Shown: piece after piece, positions 10,683 through 20,713 of the stretch
Layout: each line of letters starts with the position of its first letter
Position numbering within the stretch: position 1 is the stretch's first letter
Assembly: GCA_965209155.1 (NCBI GenBank)
Contig: OZ242383.1
Coordinates: forward strand, 704,001 to 768,000
Length of the DNA: 64,000 bases
Direction of reading: 5' to 3'
DNA from: a bacterium
GTDB lineage: Bacteria > SAR324 > NAC60-12
Notes under the pieces: generated by a model
The model's database searches: none
Seen by the model: only the letters and a program-made list of their open reading frames with translations
What the model was told of the DNA's origin: nothing
Position numbers and translations under genes: made by a program

Positions 10683-12338
10683 GTGAAAGGCGTGAATTTT
10701 TTTTTCACTGTCGGCATGATGGGGTATTTGTGCCTGACAGGGATTGACTCGGCAAAGGCCCGGGAATTGGTCATTCGACAAGGGTCTGCCACGGTGCCTG
10801 TTTTGAATGAGAATGTGGTGCGGGCCGAAAAGGAAGCGACTTTGTTGGCAAAACAAACGATTGTGAAAGAATTGCTTCCTCAATTTATTGCACCTCGACT
10901 GCTCATACAAGTCCAAAAATTGATCGAGGAAAAGATCTTGAATCAACCCGACCGGTTCATTGAATCGGTTCGTATGATTTCTTCACAAGAAACAGAAGCA
11001 CTCACCGAATTTACTGTATTGCTGGAAGCGCGAATGTTCCAGAGCAGACTGATTTCTGAAATCAAAAGATTGAATATAGCGCTAATCAATGATCCGGTTC
11101 GTCATACGATTTTAATATACGATCTGCAAACGCCACCCTGGGAAGAAGCGCAAAAAGAAGATTTTTTGCTGGCATTGAATCGTTTGCTGGACCCTCATAA
11201 AATACGTATCCGGCAAACCATTCCTTTACCAGGAGATTGGTTGTTGCTTGCGGCGACAAATCCAAAACAATCCCTTCCAAAGGAACTTCTTGAAGAATCA
11301 GGGGTCTCCACATTCCTCAGAACAGACTTCAGTCGAAGACATTTCAGGCACAACGAAGAACAGGAAATCATATCCGCAACGCTCGAGATCGTTCTTTACG
11401 AAGCAATGCAAGGCGAGGTTTTGGGGACCCTGGTAGTATCCGAGGAATTCGAAGAGTGGCATCCCGCGCAGGCAATTGAGGCGCTCCTCGAAAAAGCGGC
11501 GCTGCAATGGTTTCCTTTGATCACGGACTTGTTTGCCGCAGATCAAAAAAAAGGAACCCTTTTGCGAGTGAGGATGGCAGGCTTGCCGGGTCCTCGAGAA
11601 GAGGAATTTTTCGTGCAAAACGTCTTCCATTCTCGAAACTTGTGGAATCAATTCCAACTACGCGCTTTGTCAAAAAATGATGTGGTTTATCAAGGCTATT
11701 ACCTGGGCGAACCGGAAACTCTGGTTCCCTGGTTCACGGCGCTGCAACATCCTTCGTACGGAGTGAAGGCCGCAACCTGGCAGGAGAACGAATTGAAAAT
11801 CGAAGTGCGGTGGAATGAAGAAATTGCCACTCTCAATAAATACGAACCCATTGAGATTGTTGAAGAATGGAGTAAAATTAACGATGTCGTCGTCACGCAA
11901 CGAACGCTTCCGGTGGAAGGTGATAAAACTACATTCGCACTTCCTCTGAACAGCACGGTCTATGACTATCTCCGCAGCCGGGGGGAGAGCACTTTTTTTA
12001 GAGTGCAATGGTCGCAATCCGGTGGAGTTGGAACCGAGATGTGGTATGAGTTGAGTCGGCCCCGGAAAAAGAAAGTGGTCAAAGGGGTTTGGTACCAGGT
12101 AGGTCATACCAACCTCGCTCCGCTAGTCTCGATCTATGATGGGCAATGGAACCTGATAGATCAGCATATTCCTTCCGAAAATGGAAGGATTGATTTTCAA
12201 TATCGTTTATCTTCCCTGCAAAACCATTTTTATTTACGAGTCAGTGACCTGGTCGGCTATATTGAAGGGGAAGCCGGCAGTTATCTTTCCCTCCATTACA
12301 TATTGAACGTGTCTCCCCTGTACCCTGATGATATTTGA
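10683..12338 (+). CDS. Hypothetical exported protein (N-terminus weakly FlgT/LPP20-like)
   Basis: Long ORF divergent from the HisJ-like gene; hydrophobic N-terminus; start uncertain (GTG 10683/10692 or ATG 10716). Confidence 0.6.
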   Translation: MKGVNFFFTVGMMGYLCLTGIDSAKARELVIRQGSATVPVLNENVVRAEKEATLLAKQTIVKELLPQFIAPRLLIQVQKLIEEKILNQPDRFIESVRMISSQETEALTEFTVLLEARMFQSRLISEIKRLNIALINDPVRHTILIYDLQTPPWEEAQKEDFLLALNRLLDPHKIRIRQTIPLPGDWLLLAATNPKQSLPKELLEESGVSTFLRTDFSRRHFRHNEEQEIISATLEIVLYEAMQGEVLGTLVVSEEFEEWHPAQAIEALLEKAALQWFPLITDLFAADQKKGTLLRVRMAGLPGPREEEFFVQNVFHSRNLWNQFQLRALSKNDVVYQGYYLGEPETLVPWFTALQHPSYGVKAATWQENELKIEVRWNEEIATLNKYEPIEIVEEWSKINDVVVTQRTLPVEGDKTTFALPLNSTVYDYLRSRGESTFFRVQWSQSGGVGTEMWYELSRPRKKKVVKGVWYQVGHTNLAPLVSIYDGQWNLIDQHIPSENGRIDFQYRLSSLQNHFYLRVSDLVGYIEGEAGSYLSLHYILNVSPLYPDDI

Positions 12339-12409
12339 TAACTCATGTTACGTGCATGGATCTTGCTAAAGATCGATTTTATTCAAGAAGCTCTTCAGGT
12401 CCTCGAGAA

Positions 12410-12752
12410 GGCACAAAGGAGCAAAGGCACAAAGGCACAAAGGCACAAAGGTGACTGCGGTATTGGTTATTTTGAGGGGAGTTATTGCTTGATCAGACGA
12501 GTGGAGAGGTTTTGATGATCAAAACATACCGGGATTTAATTGTCTGGCAAAAATCAACAGCCATGGTCACTGATTTTTACAGTGACTCGTGATTTTCAGC
12601 AAGACGAACTCATTTGAAAAACTAACTGAAAAGACACAGGAAATTGAACGAATGATCGGGAGCCTCATTAGTAAAGTAGAGCAAAAATAAAAAAACCACA
12701 GTGCCTGATAACTTTCTGACATTCTTCCTTTGTGCCTTTGTGCCTTTGTGCC
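12410..12752. repeat. Inverted GGCACAAA arrays (12410-12451 on +, 12728-12752 on -) bracketing a decayed gene
   Basis: Directly visible tandem 8-mers in opposite orientations. Confidence 0.85.
12515..12690 (+). pseudogene. Internally deleted four-helix-bundle protein gene (23S rRNA IVS / S23 / Avd-like family)
   Basis: GGAGAGG RBS, then MIKTYRDLIVWQKSTAMVTDFY; frameshifted VTRDFQQDEL; C-terminal FEKLTEKTQEIERMIGSLISKVEQK*; central part missing. Confidence 0.72.
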
Positions 12753-12773
12753 TGGCAGGAAAATATTTCATGA

Positions 12774-13688
<915 letters not shown>

Positions 13689-13757
13689 AAACCGACCAGC
13701 ATCTTCTCGATCTTTCGCAATGATACTTCTTTAATACGAAAACTTTTCAGGTTCGAT

Positions 13758-14831
13758 TTATCCCGGGAAGTTTTCCAGAACCCGATCTCCCATTTCCCGG
13801 CAGCCTACCTGAATTTTGCCGGCAGTCATGATATCGCCGGTGCGGTAGCGATCGAGGGTGGAAATAACGGCTTTTTGAATCACCAGGTCCGCTTCCGTGA
13901 GGTCAAAAGAATATCGAAACATCATACCAACGGATAGAATCGTAGCCAGGGGATTGGCCAGGTCTTTGCCCTGGATGTCGGGAGCCGTTCCGTGAACGGG
14001 TTCGTACAATCCGATTCGACCACCGATGCTGGCAGAAGGGAGCATTCCGATGGAACCCGTCAACATGGCGGCACCGTCACTGAGGATATCCCCGAACAGG
14101 TTGGTGGTAACAATCGTGTCGAACTGTTTAGGATCCCGGATCAACTGCATGGTCGCGTTGTCGACATACATGTGGTTGAGGTCGATTTGCGGATAGTCCC
14201 TGGAAACTTCCGTGACCACTTCGCGCCAGAGCTCCGTGGATTCCAGCACGTTGTGTTTGTCCACGGAGGTCAATTTTTTGGAACGTTTGCGGGCCGTTTC
14301 AAATCCGACCCTGGCAATTCGTTCAATTTCAGATTCGGAATAAACCAGCGTGTTGAAACCGACCCGTTCATTGTTGCGCACTTCCACCCCACGGGGTTCT
14401 CCGAAATAAATCCCTCCCGTCAACTCGCGGATCACCATGATGTCGGTACCTTCCACGACCTCTTTTTTCAAGGTGGACGCCTCGACCAGGTCTCCATAAA
14501 TTTGAGCGGGTCTCAAGTTCGCATACAATCCCAATTCGGAACGCAAGCCGAGTAGCGCCCGCTCAGGCCGTACGGAAAAGTGCAGAGATTCCCATTTCGG
14601 ACCGCCCACGGCGCCCAGTAAAACAGCATCCGCGTTTTGACAAACCTCCAGGGTCCTCTCAGGCAATGGGGTCCCGGTCAGGTCGTAGGCAGTTCCACCA
14701 ACCGGCTCTTCTTGCAATTCCAGTTGCAGGTCGAAGCGCTTTGCCGCGTACCTTAAAATTTTCACCGCCTGCTCCACGACTTCCTGACCAATGCCGTCTC
14801 CAGGCAGCACCGCAATTTTTTTGATTTTCAT
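13758..14831 (-). CDS. leuB: 3-isopropylmalate dehydrogenase
   Basis: [39 protein letters not shown]; start re-assigned to ATG 14831. Confidence 0.96.
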   Translation of the reverse strand: MKIKKIAVLPGDGIGQEVVEQAVKILRYAAKRFDLQLELQEEPVGGTAYDLTGTPLPERTLEVCQNADAVLLGAVGGPKWESLHFSVRPERALLGLRSELGLYANLRPAQIYGDLVEASTLKKEVVEGTDIMVIRELTGGIYFGEPRGVEVRNNERVGFNTLVYSESEIERIARVGFETARKRSKKLTSVDKHNVLESTELWREVVTEVSRDYPQIDLNHMYVDNATMQLIRDPKQFDTIVTTNLFGDILSDGAAMLTGSIGMLPSASIGGRIGLYEPVHGTAPDIQGKDLANPLATILSVGMMFRYSFDLTEADLVIQKAVISTLDRYRTGDIMTAGKIQVGCREMGDRVLENFPG

Positions 14832-15055
14832 GGTTTGCTCCGTAGGGGTTTGGCGAACGATCGACAAACCGGGTTGAAATAGGGACAACAAGTATCCTTT
14901 TTTGTAACGAAAGCTGGCCAAACAGTCCATGCATAATTGAGAGGTGATCGAAGGTTTCCTCTTGAATGTGTAGGCGTTGCAGGCTACTTTTTCATAAAGG
15001 TTTCCTCATTGTCAGGGGAAAAAAGAGTTTGATTTCAATATTCCGGGAGATAAAT

Positions 15056-15490
15056 ATGGCTCAGCAAACCAGGTTGTCCACTCGCAAGCAATGGAAGGCT
15101 TTGCAGTGGAAAATAATGCTCATTGTCGGAATCCTTGTTGCAGCAACAGCCGCTTTCATCCTATTCGCGAATCCTGGCAAGGAGGAGTTGGATTTGTCCA
15201 TCATTGACCAGGGAGTCAATGTGGTAGTGCAAATACACGACCCGAATTGACCACGCTGTCGAACCTTGAAAGGAGTGGTCGACTCCCTGAAATCCGAATA
15301 TGAAGGAAGGATACATTTTCGAATGGTGGATTTGACGAGCAAGGAGGGAAGAGCATTCGCCCAGTTTCACCAGGTGGGCAGCGTGACGTTGATGTTTTTC
15401 GCTGATGGAAAAAAGCTGACGACCTTGTCCGGAGAACATTCAGCCAGTTTTTTAAGAAGAGCATTCGATCGCGCGTTTCAATTGAACTGA
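15056..15490 (+). CDS. Membrane-anchored thioredoxin-fold protein with in-frame UGA, probable selenoprotein (UxxC)
   Basis: ORFs 14966-15250 and 15266-15490 are in the same frame; TGA at 15248-15250 gives VQIHDPN-U-P-R-C-RTL; GGGAGA RBS before ATG 15056; N-terminal TM helix. Confidence 0.78.
15272..15286 (+). promoter_or_regulatory. Putative bacterial SECIS hairpin (GGAGT-GGTCG-ACTCC)
   Basis: 5-bp stem with a G-initiated loop starting 27 nt after the UGA; an alternative pairing GACCAC/GTGGTC also exists. Confidence 0.5.
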
Positions 15491-15673
15491 GTGCTTTATG
15501 TTGAGGGGTGTCGTTTCTCCGAGAGTATTGATCCGCATTGCCATCGCATCCTTTATAAAAGGGAATCCATAGTGCCAATTGGAGAGCATTCCCGCCTGCT
15601 TTTAAACGTTTGGCTTGAATCCTGCTAAATCTTTTCTGAAGCCATTTTTTAAAATTTTTCAGAAGAGGCAAAC

Positions 15674-16312
15674 ATGAGATTACAATTGGATTCTCCTGCA
15701 ACCATTTCCTTCTCCTTATTGTTGTTGATCATTTATTTGATCACGCACCAGAAATTGCCGCCCGAAGTCGTTGCCGTCATACCTGCGCAAATATTACCCT
15801 ACATGAATGAAAGTTTATTCACGGTCAAACCGGGGCTCGATTTCCAAAATCCTTTGGAATACATAACGGTTTTCTCGCACGTTCTGGGTCATGCCGACTG
15901 GTTTCATTTGTTTGGAAATCTTTCCATTATTCTCTTGCTTGGAGGGAAAGTGGAACAGAACTACGGTGGTTTGAATGTGATCAAATGGATCTTTATCACG
16001 GCTTGCGTGACCGGGATATTGAATATGTTGTTGATGCCCACTACGTTAAAAGGCGCAAGTGGTATCGTCTTCATGTTGATCATTTTGTTTTCGATGACGG
16101 AAATGAAAAATGGCAATCTCCCCCTGACCGCATTACTGATCTTTTTATTATACTTGGGACAGGAAATGTACATGGGACTGTATGTGGCAGATAATATTTC
16201 CAGGTTTTGCCACATCACCGGTGGCGTGATGGGAGCGATTTTAGGATACCGTTTCTATACTCGTCAAAAGAGCTACAAACGGTCCCTCGTCAATCGTCTC
16301 GGACAGGCTTGA
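15674..16312 (+). CDS. Rhomboid family intramembrane serine protease
   Basis: HADWFHLFGN, GASG catalytic Ser, HITGGVMG catalytic His, multiple TM helices. Confidence 0.9.
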   Translation: MRLQLDSPATISFSLLLLIIYLITHQKLPPEVVAVIPAQILPYMNESLFTVKPGLDFQNPLEYITVFSHVLGHADWFHLFGNLSIILLLGGKVEQNYGGLNVIKWIFITACVTGILNMLLMPTTLKGASGIVFMLIILFSMTEMKNGNLPLTALLIFLLYLGQEMYMGLYVADNISRFCHITGGVMGAILGYRFYTRQKSYKRSLVNRLGQA

Positions 16313-16646
16313 TCCCGGGGCAATCCTTTCACCCCACGGTATGGTTGACCCAATCGGCCTCGCGTTTCGACAGGCATTTGAGCAAAAATCTGCCGTCCTC
16401 CCGATAACATGCGCTCAGGCCGTATCCCGGCAATCGATCCCGTCCACGAAAGATTCGTAAAAATCGAATTCCCACGTCCGTCGTGGTGGTCGTAACGGTG
16501 CTTTGAAATAATTCTTCTATTGTCTTTCAGATTCGCATTTTCCGCAGATTTGTCTTCTGAAGCATTTTGCGACTCGACTAATCGAGTGGATATTGTTAGA
16601 AAGTTTCTTTGAAAATCGGATATCGGCTCTTCACCCGAATATTATG

Positions 16647-17172
16647 TAAACCGAATTCGAGATAAGTATTTAATCAATTCAATATGTTATGGAATCTTCC
16701 TATCTTAACCCGAGTTCGAGATAAGCATTTAAAATGAGCAGTAACGGAGTTTTTATTCATATAATACCTGAGAGTTAATCTCTAAGGATGTGTCATTCCT
16801 GGCTTGACCAGGAATCCAGTGGTATGCAACCAGACAGAAACCTGGATCCCTTCCGTTCTTGATCCGGGTTTGAGTGAAGATGAAAAAGACACCAGGTTAC
16901 TCCATCAATTGAAGATTTATGTCGAACTCGGGTTATCTTAGCGAACCTTGTTTCCTGCGAAACTGCTCCCCGCTAAACTTGTCCTCGCGAAAGCGGGGAG
17001 CAGGAATCCAGGAGTGTGTCATTCCTGGCTTGACCAGGAATCCAGAGGAATGCGGAATCAGGAATCCAGCACGAACCCTGGATAACGGATCATCCCGGAC
17101 TTGATCCGGGACCGGTATGACACATACACCAGGAGACTCCAATTATTGAAGATTTATCTCGAACTCAGGTTA
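16647..17172. mobile_element. Cluster of MITE-like arms (TAACCCGAGTTCGASATAA) enclosing REP-like palindromes (GTCATTCCTGGCTTGACCAGGAATCCAG)
   Basis: Forward arms at 16647 and 16706, reverse arms ending 16935 and 17172; palindromes near 16792 and 17018; arms recur at 49460, 52074, 55023, 56946 and 57071. Confidence 0.7.
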
Positions 17173-17209
17173 TGTAATGTCGTAAAGACACGTGAGAAAG
17201 GACCCGGAC

Positions 17210-18448
17210 ATGTTGAATGAATTGTTCAATGCGGAGATACCTGGATTTTATGGCCCTTACGGAGGCGCATACGTTCCGGAAATTTTGAAGACGACCATTG
17301 ATGAATTGAGTATTGCTTTTCAGGAAGCGCAGGCGGATCCTGCATTCTGGCAAAATTACCTGAACGTCATGCGCAGCTATTCCTGCCGGCCCACCCCTAT
17401 CACGCCATTGGAAAATCTTTCAAAAAAACTCGGTGGCGCTCGAATTTACTGTAAACGGGAGGACCTGAATCACACGGGTGCCCACAAAGTAAACAACGTG
17501 ATGGGTCAGGGTCTGCTCGTAAAACGGATGGGGAAACCCCGGGTGATCGCGGAAACCGGAGCAGGACAGCACGGCGTAGCCACAGCAACCATGGCTGCCC
17601 GATTTGGTTTGCAATGCACGATCTATATGGGAGTGGTGGACGTGGAACGGCAACGGCCCAACGTATTCTGGATGGAACAACTCGGTGCGGAAGTCGTTTC
17701 AGTGACCGATGGAACTGCCACCTTGAAAGACGCGATCAATGAAAGCATGCGGGATTGGGCAGCTTCCATGGCAACCACTCACTACGTGATGGGAACCGTT
17801 TGTGGCCCTCATCCCTTTCCCGAGATGGTATCCTATTTTCAATCGATCATCGGCCAGGAAAGCTATGAGCAAATGCAGAAATTGACGGGAAGATTGCCCG
17901 ATTGTATTTATGCCTGCGTGGGAGGTGGATCGAATGCGAGTGGCATGTTTCTACCATTTATCGACGAACACCGGGTAGAACTGGTGGGAGTGGAAGCCGG
18001 GGGGAAAGGTATTGCCTCGGGATTGCACGCCTCCCGGTTGCAGGACGGACAAGTGGGAGTGGCTCAAGGGTACAAGACTTATTTTTTACAGGATGAAGAG
18101 GGGCAAATGAAAGAAACGCATTCGGTTGCCGCAGGGCTGGACTATATAGGCGTGGGACCGGTTCTCAGTTACTTGCGCGATCAAGGACGGATCCGCTTCG
18201 AAAGCGCACAGGATGACGAAACGATTGAAGCAGCCAAGCTGCTCATCCGCCAGGAGGGCATTATTCCAGCCCTTGAGAGCAGCCATGCCCTGGCGGGGGT
18301 GATCCGGGAAGCCCCCCGGATGAGAAAAGATCAAATTGTTTTGCTCAATCTCTCGGGCCGGGGTGATAAAGACATTTTCAACATTGCCGATGCCATTGGT
18401 GATGAAAAATGGAACCAGTTCATAAAAAAGAAAGCTCAGCGTCTATGA
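17210..18448 (+). CDS. trpB: Tryptophan synthase beta chain
   Basis: KREDLNHTGAHKVNN, AETGAGQHGVATA, CVGGGSNA, NLSGRGDKD. Confidence 0.97.
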   Translation: MLNELFNAEIPGFYGPYGGAYVPEILKTTIDELSIAFQEAQADPAFWQNYLNVMRSYSCRPTPITPLENLSKKLGGARIYCKREDLNHTGAHKVNNVMGQGLLVKRMGKPRVIAETGAGQHGVATATMAARFGLQCTIYMGVVDVERQRPNVFWMEQLGAEVVSVTDGTATLKDAINESMRDWAASMATTHYVMGTVCGPHPFPEMVSYFQSIIGQESYEQMQKLTGRLPDCIYACVGGGSNASGMFLPFIDEHRVELVGVEAGGKGIASGLHASRLQDGQVGVAQGYKTYFLQDEEGQMKETHSVAAGLDYIGVGPVLSYLRDQGRIRFESAQDDETIEAAKLLIRQEGIIPALESSHALAGVIREAPRMRKDQIVLLNLSGRGDKDIFNIADAIGDEKWNQFIKKKAQRL

Positions 18449-19227
18449 ACCTCAGTCATTATATTCGGGAACGATTGCAACGGAAAAGCATCTTGCTGAT
18501 GACTCATGCGATTGCAGGATATCCTTCCTTGAAAGACAACTGGACCATGCTGGAGATGATGCAACAAGCCGGAGTGGACCTGGTTGAACTGCAATTGCCA
18601 TTCACGGAACCCACTGCCGATGGTCCGGTATTCGTCAAAGCCAACCAGGAGGCCCTGAAAAACGGAGTGCGCCGTAATGATTATTTTGAATTCATGAAAA
18701 AAGCCGCCAAGGCTTTCGATTTTCCAATTTTGATGATGAGCTATTACAACCCCGTTTTCGTGATGGGGCATCTTCCCTTCTGCCGGGAATTACGACGATG
18801 CAATGGAGAGGGTTTTATTTTACCGGACCTGCCTGTCCAGGAGTTTGGAGATTTGTTTCAACACAGTAAGGATTACGATCTTTCCCCCATCCTGTTGTGT
18901 ACTCCCACCAATACGCCGGAACGTCTCGAGGAAATTGCCACTCATGGTTCCGGTTTTTTATATTGCGTGGCCCGCAAAGGGGTCACGGGCGCTTTGACCC
19001 GGCTGGACCAGTCCCTCGAATCGTTTATTGAACGTTGCCGGGGCGTTTCGTCACTGCCACTGGCCTTGGGATTCGGACTCTCGAGTAATGAGGATCTCCG
19101 GCAACTTCACGGCAAAGTGGAAATTGCCATCGTGGGATCGGCATTGCTGCGAAACTGGCAGGAAAAAGGACCTCGAGGGTATCAGTCTTATTTGACGGGA
19201 TTGGTGGAAAGCAGCTTGGGTCGTTGA
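18445..19227 (+). CDS. trpA: Tryptophan synthase alpha chain
   Basis: ELQLPFTEPTADGPV, MSYYNP, ILPDLP, GVTG; ATGA overlap with trpB stop. Confidence 0.94.
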   Translation: MNLSHYIRERLQRKSILLMTHAIAGYPSLKDNWTMLEMMQQAGVDLVELQLPFTEPTADGPVFVKANQEALKNGVRRNDYFEFMKKAAKAFDFPILMMSYYNPVFVMGHLPFCRELRRCNGEGFILPDLPVQEFGDLFQHSKDYDLSPILLCTPTNTPERLEEIATHGSGFLYCVARKGVTGALTRLDQSLESFIERCRGVSSLPLALGFGLSSNEDLRQLHGKVEIAIVGSALLRNWQEKGPRGYQSYLTGLVESSLGR

Positions 19228-19275
19228 GTGGCGTCCTGCGGGGAGTCACTCGACTGGTATAAAAACGAGCACGCC

Positions 19276-20673
19276 ATGCAATTTGTTATAGGAAGCGAAC
19301 AACGACCACTGCGCGTCGCCATCATCGGATCGGGACCTGCCGCATTTTATGCCGCTGCTGATTTAATGAAACAAGAAGCGCACGTCGTCGTGGATATGTT
19401 TGAACGACTGCCCACTCCTTATGGTCTGGTCCGGGGAGGCGTGGCGCCGGATCACCAGAAAATCAAAAACGTGGCTAAAATTTATGAGAGAACCGCCCTG
19501 CGACCCCCATTTCGATTTTGGGGCAACGTGACCTTTGGAGAAGACATCAGCCGGGACGAGTTGCTGCATTATTTCGACTGTCTGATCTATGCCGTGGGAT
19601 CGCAATCGGACCGACAGATGGGCATTGCGGGAGAGGATTTGACCGGTAGTTATTCAGCAACGGAATTCGTGGGTTGGTACAATGGCCATCCTGATTACCA
19701 GGACAGGACATTCGACTTGTCCGTGGACAGCGTGGCCGTGATCGGCATGGGAAACGTGGCTGTCGACGTGGCGCGTATCCTGGCAAAAACGCCAGGGGAA
19801 TTGGCCCAAACGGATATGGCGGAACATGCGCTGGAGGCCCTGAGGGAAAGCCGGGTGAAGCAAATATACATGATCGCCCGCCGTGGTCCGGTACAGGCCG
19901 CTTTCACGCCACCCGAAGCGCGGGAATTGATGGAACTGGAGCAAACCGTGACCCTGGTCGACCCCGACGTTCTGAAGCTGGACCCGGCGAGTGAATGCGA
20001 ATTGGAAATCGCAAAAAACAAGGAAACCTTGCGTAATATGGAAATCATACGAAAGATGGCCCGTTACAGTGGTGAGGAAAAACCCCGTCAACTGCACTTG
20101 ATGTTCCAATATTCACCCGTGGAACTTTTTGAAAATGAAGGGCGGGTTTGTGGTATCAAATTGGTGAAAAACGAATTGATCCAAGAGGATGGGGGCCGCA
20201 TCCGAGCCAGACCATTGGATGAATACGCAGAATTGCCGGTCGGTCTGGTTTTTCGTTCCATCGGATACAAAGGGGTGGCCCTCCCGGGAGTGCTTTTTGA
20301 TGAAAGAAACGGCGTCATTCCCAACCAGGGGGGGCGCGTGATGGATCCGCAAACCCAATCCGAGCGGCCTCGTGAGTACGTCGTCGGGTGGGCGAAGCGT
20401 GGTCCCACGGGGGTGATCGGCACCAACAAGCCGGATGCCGGTGAGACGGTTCGCGCGTTGTTAATGGATTACGTGAATCGCAAAGCGGAAGCGGACGAGA
20501 CGGGCAAACCCGAAGCCGTCGAAAACTGGCTGAAGTCAAAAAATATCCGCTGGGTTTCCTTCACGGATTGGAAAAAAATAGACGAAACCGAAATCGAAGC
20601 AGGAAAGCCGAAAGGGAAGCCTCGTGAAAAATTCACCACGATCGAGGCGATGTTGCACGCAATAAAGGACTGA
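19276..20673 (+). CDS. Ferredoxin/adrenodoxin-type NADP+ reductase (FprA-like)
   Basis: GSGPAAFYAA, PTPYGLVRGGVAPDH, GMGNVAVDVARIL, GWAKRGPTGVIGTN. Confidence 0.9.
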   Translation: MQFVIGSEQRPLRVAIIGSGPAAFYAAADLMKQEAHVVVDMFERLPTPYGLVRGGVAPDHQKIKNVAKIYERTALRPPFRFWGNVTFGEDISRDELLHYFDCLIYAVGSQSDRQMGIAGEDLTGSYSATEFVGWYNGHPDYQDRTFDLSVDSVAVIGMGNVAVDVARILAKTPGELAQTDMAEHALEALRESRVKQIYMIARRGPVQAAFTPPEARELMELEQTVTLVDPDVLKLDPASECELEIAKNKETLRNMEIIRKMARYSGEEKPRQLHLMFQYSPVELFENEGRVCGIKLVKNELIQEDGGRIRARPLDEYAELPVGLVFRSIGYKGVALPGVLFDERNGVIPNQGGRVMDPQTQSERPREYVVGWAKRGPTGVIGTNKPDAGETVRALLMDYVNRKAEADETGKPEAVENWLKSKNIRWVSFTDWKKIDETEIEAGKPKGKPREKFTTIEAMLHAIKD

Positions 20674-20713
20674 ACCGTCCTGAAACTGATACTTCTTATC
20701 TATAAACCCTTTT

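Noticed and set aside
10440..10946. Apparent long overlap of the HisJ-like ORF and the divergent hypothetical ORF
   Set aside because: The overlap disappears with starts at 10670 (-) and 10683 or later (+).
12515..12690. Diversity-generating retroelement suggested by the Avd-like gene
   Set aside because: No reverse transcriptase and no TR/VR pair with adenine-specific mismatches seen in the window.
16331..16565. Minus-strand frame with an internal TGA (MLQKTNLRKMRI*KTIEELF...) as a second selenoprotein
   Set aside because: No redox motif, recognisable family or SECIS-like hairpin.
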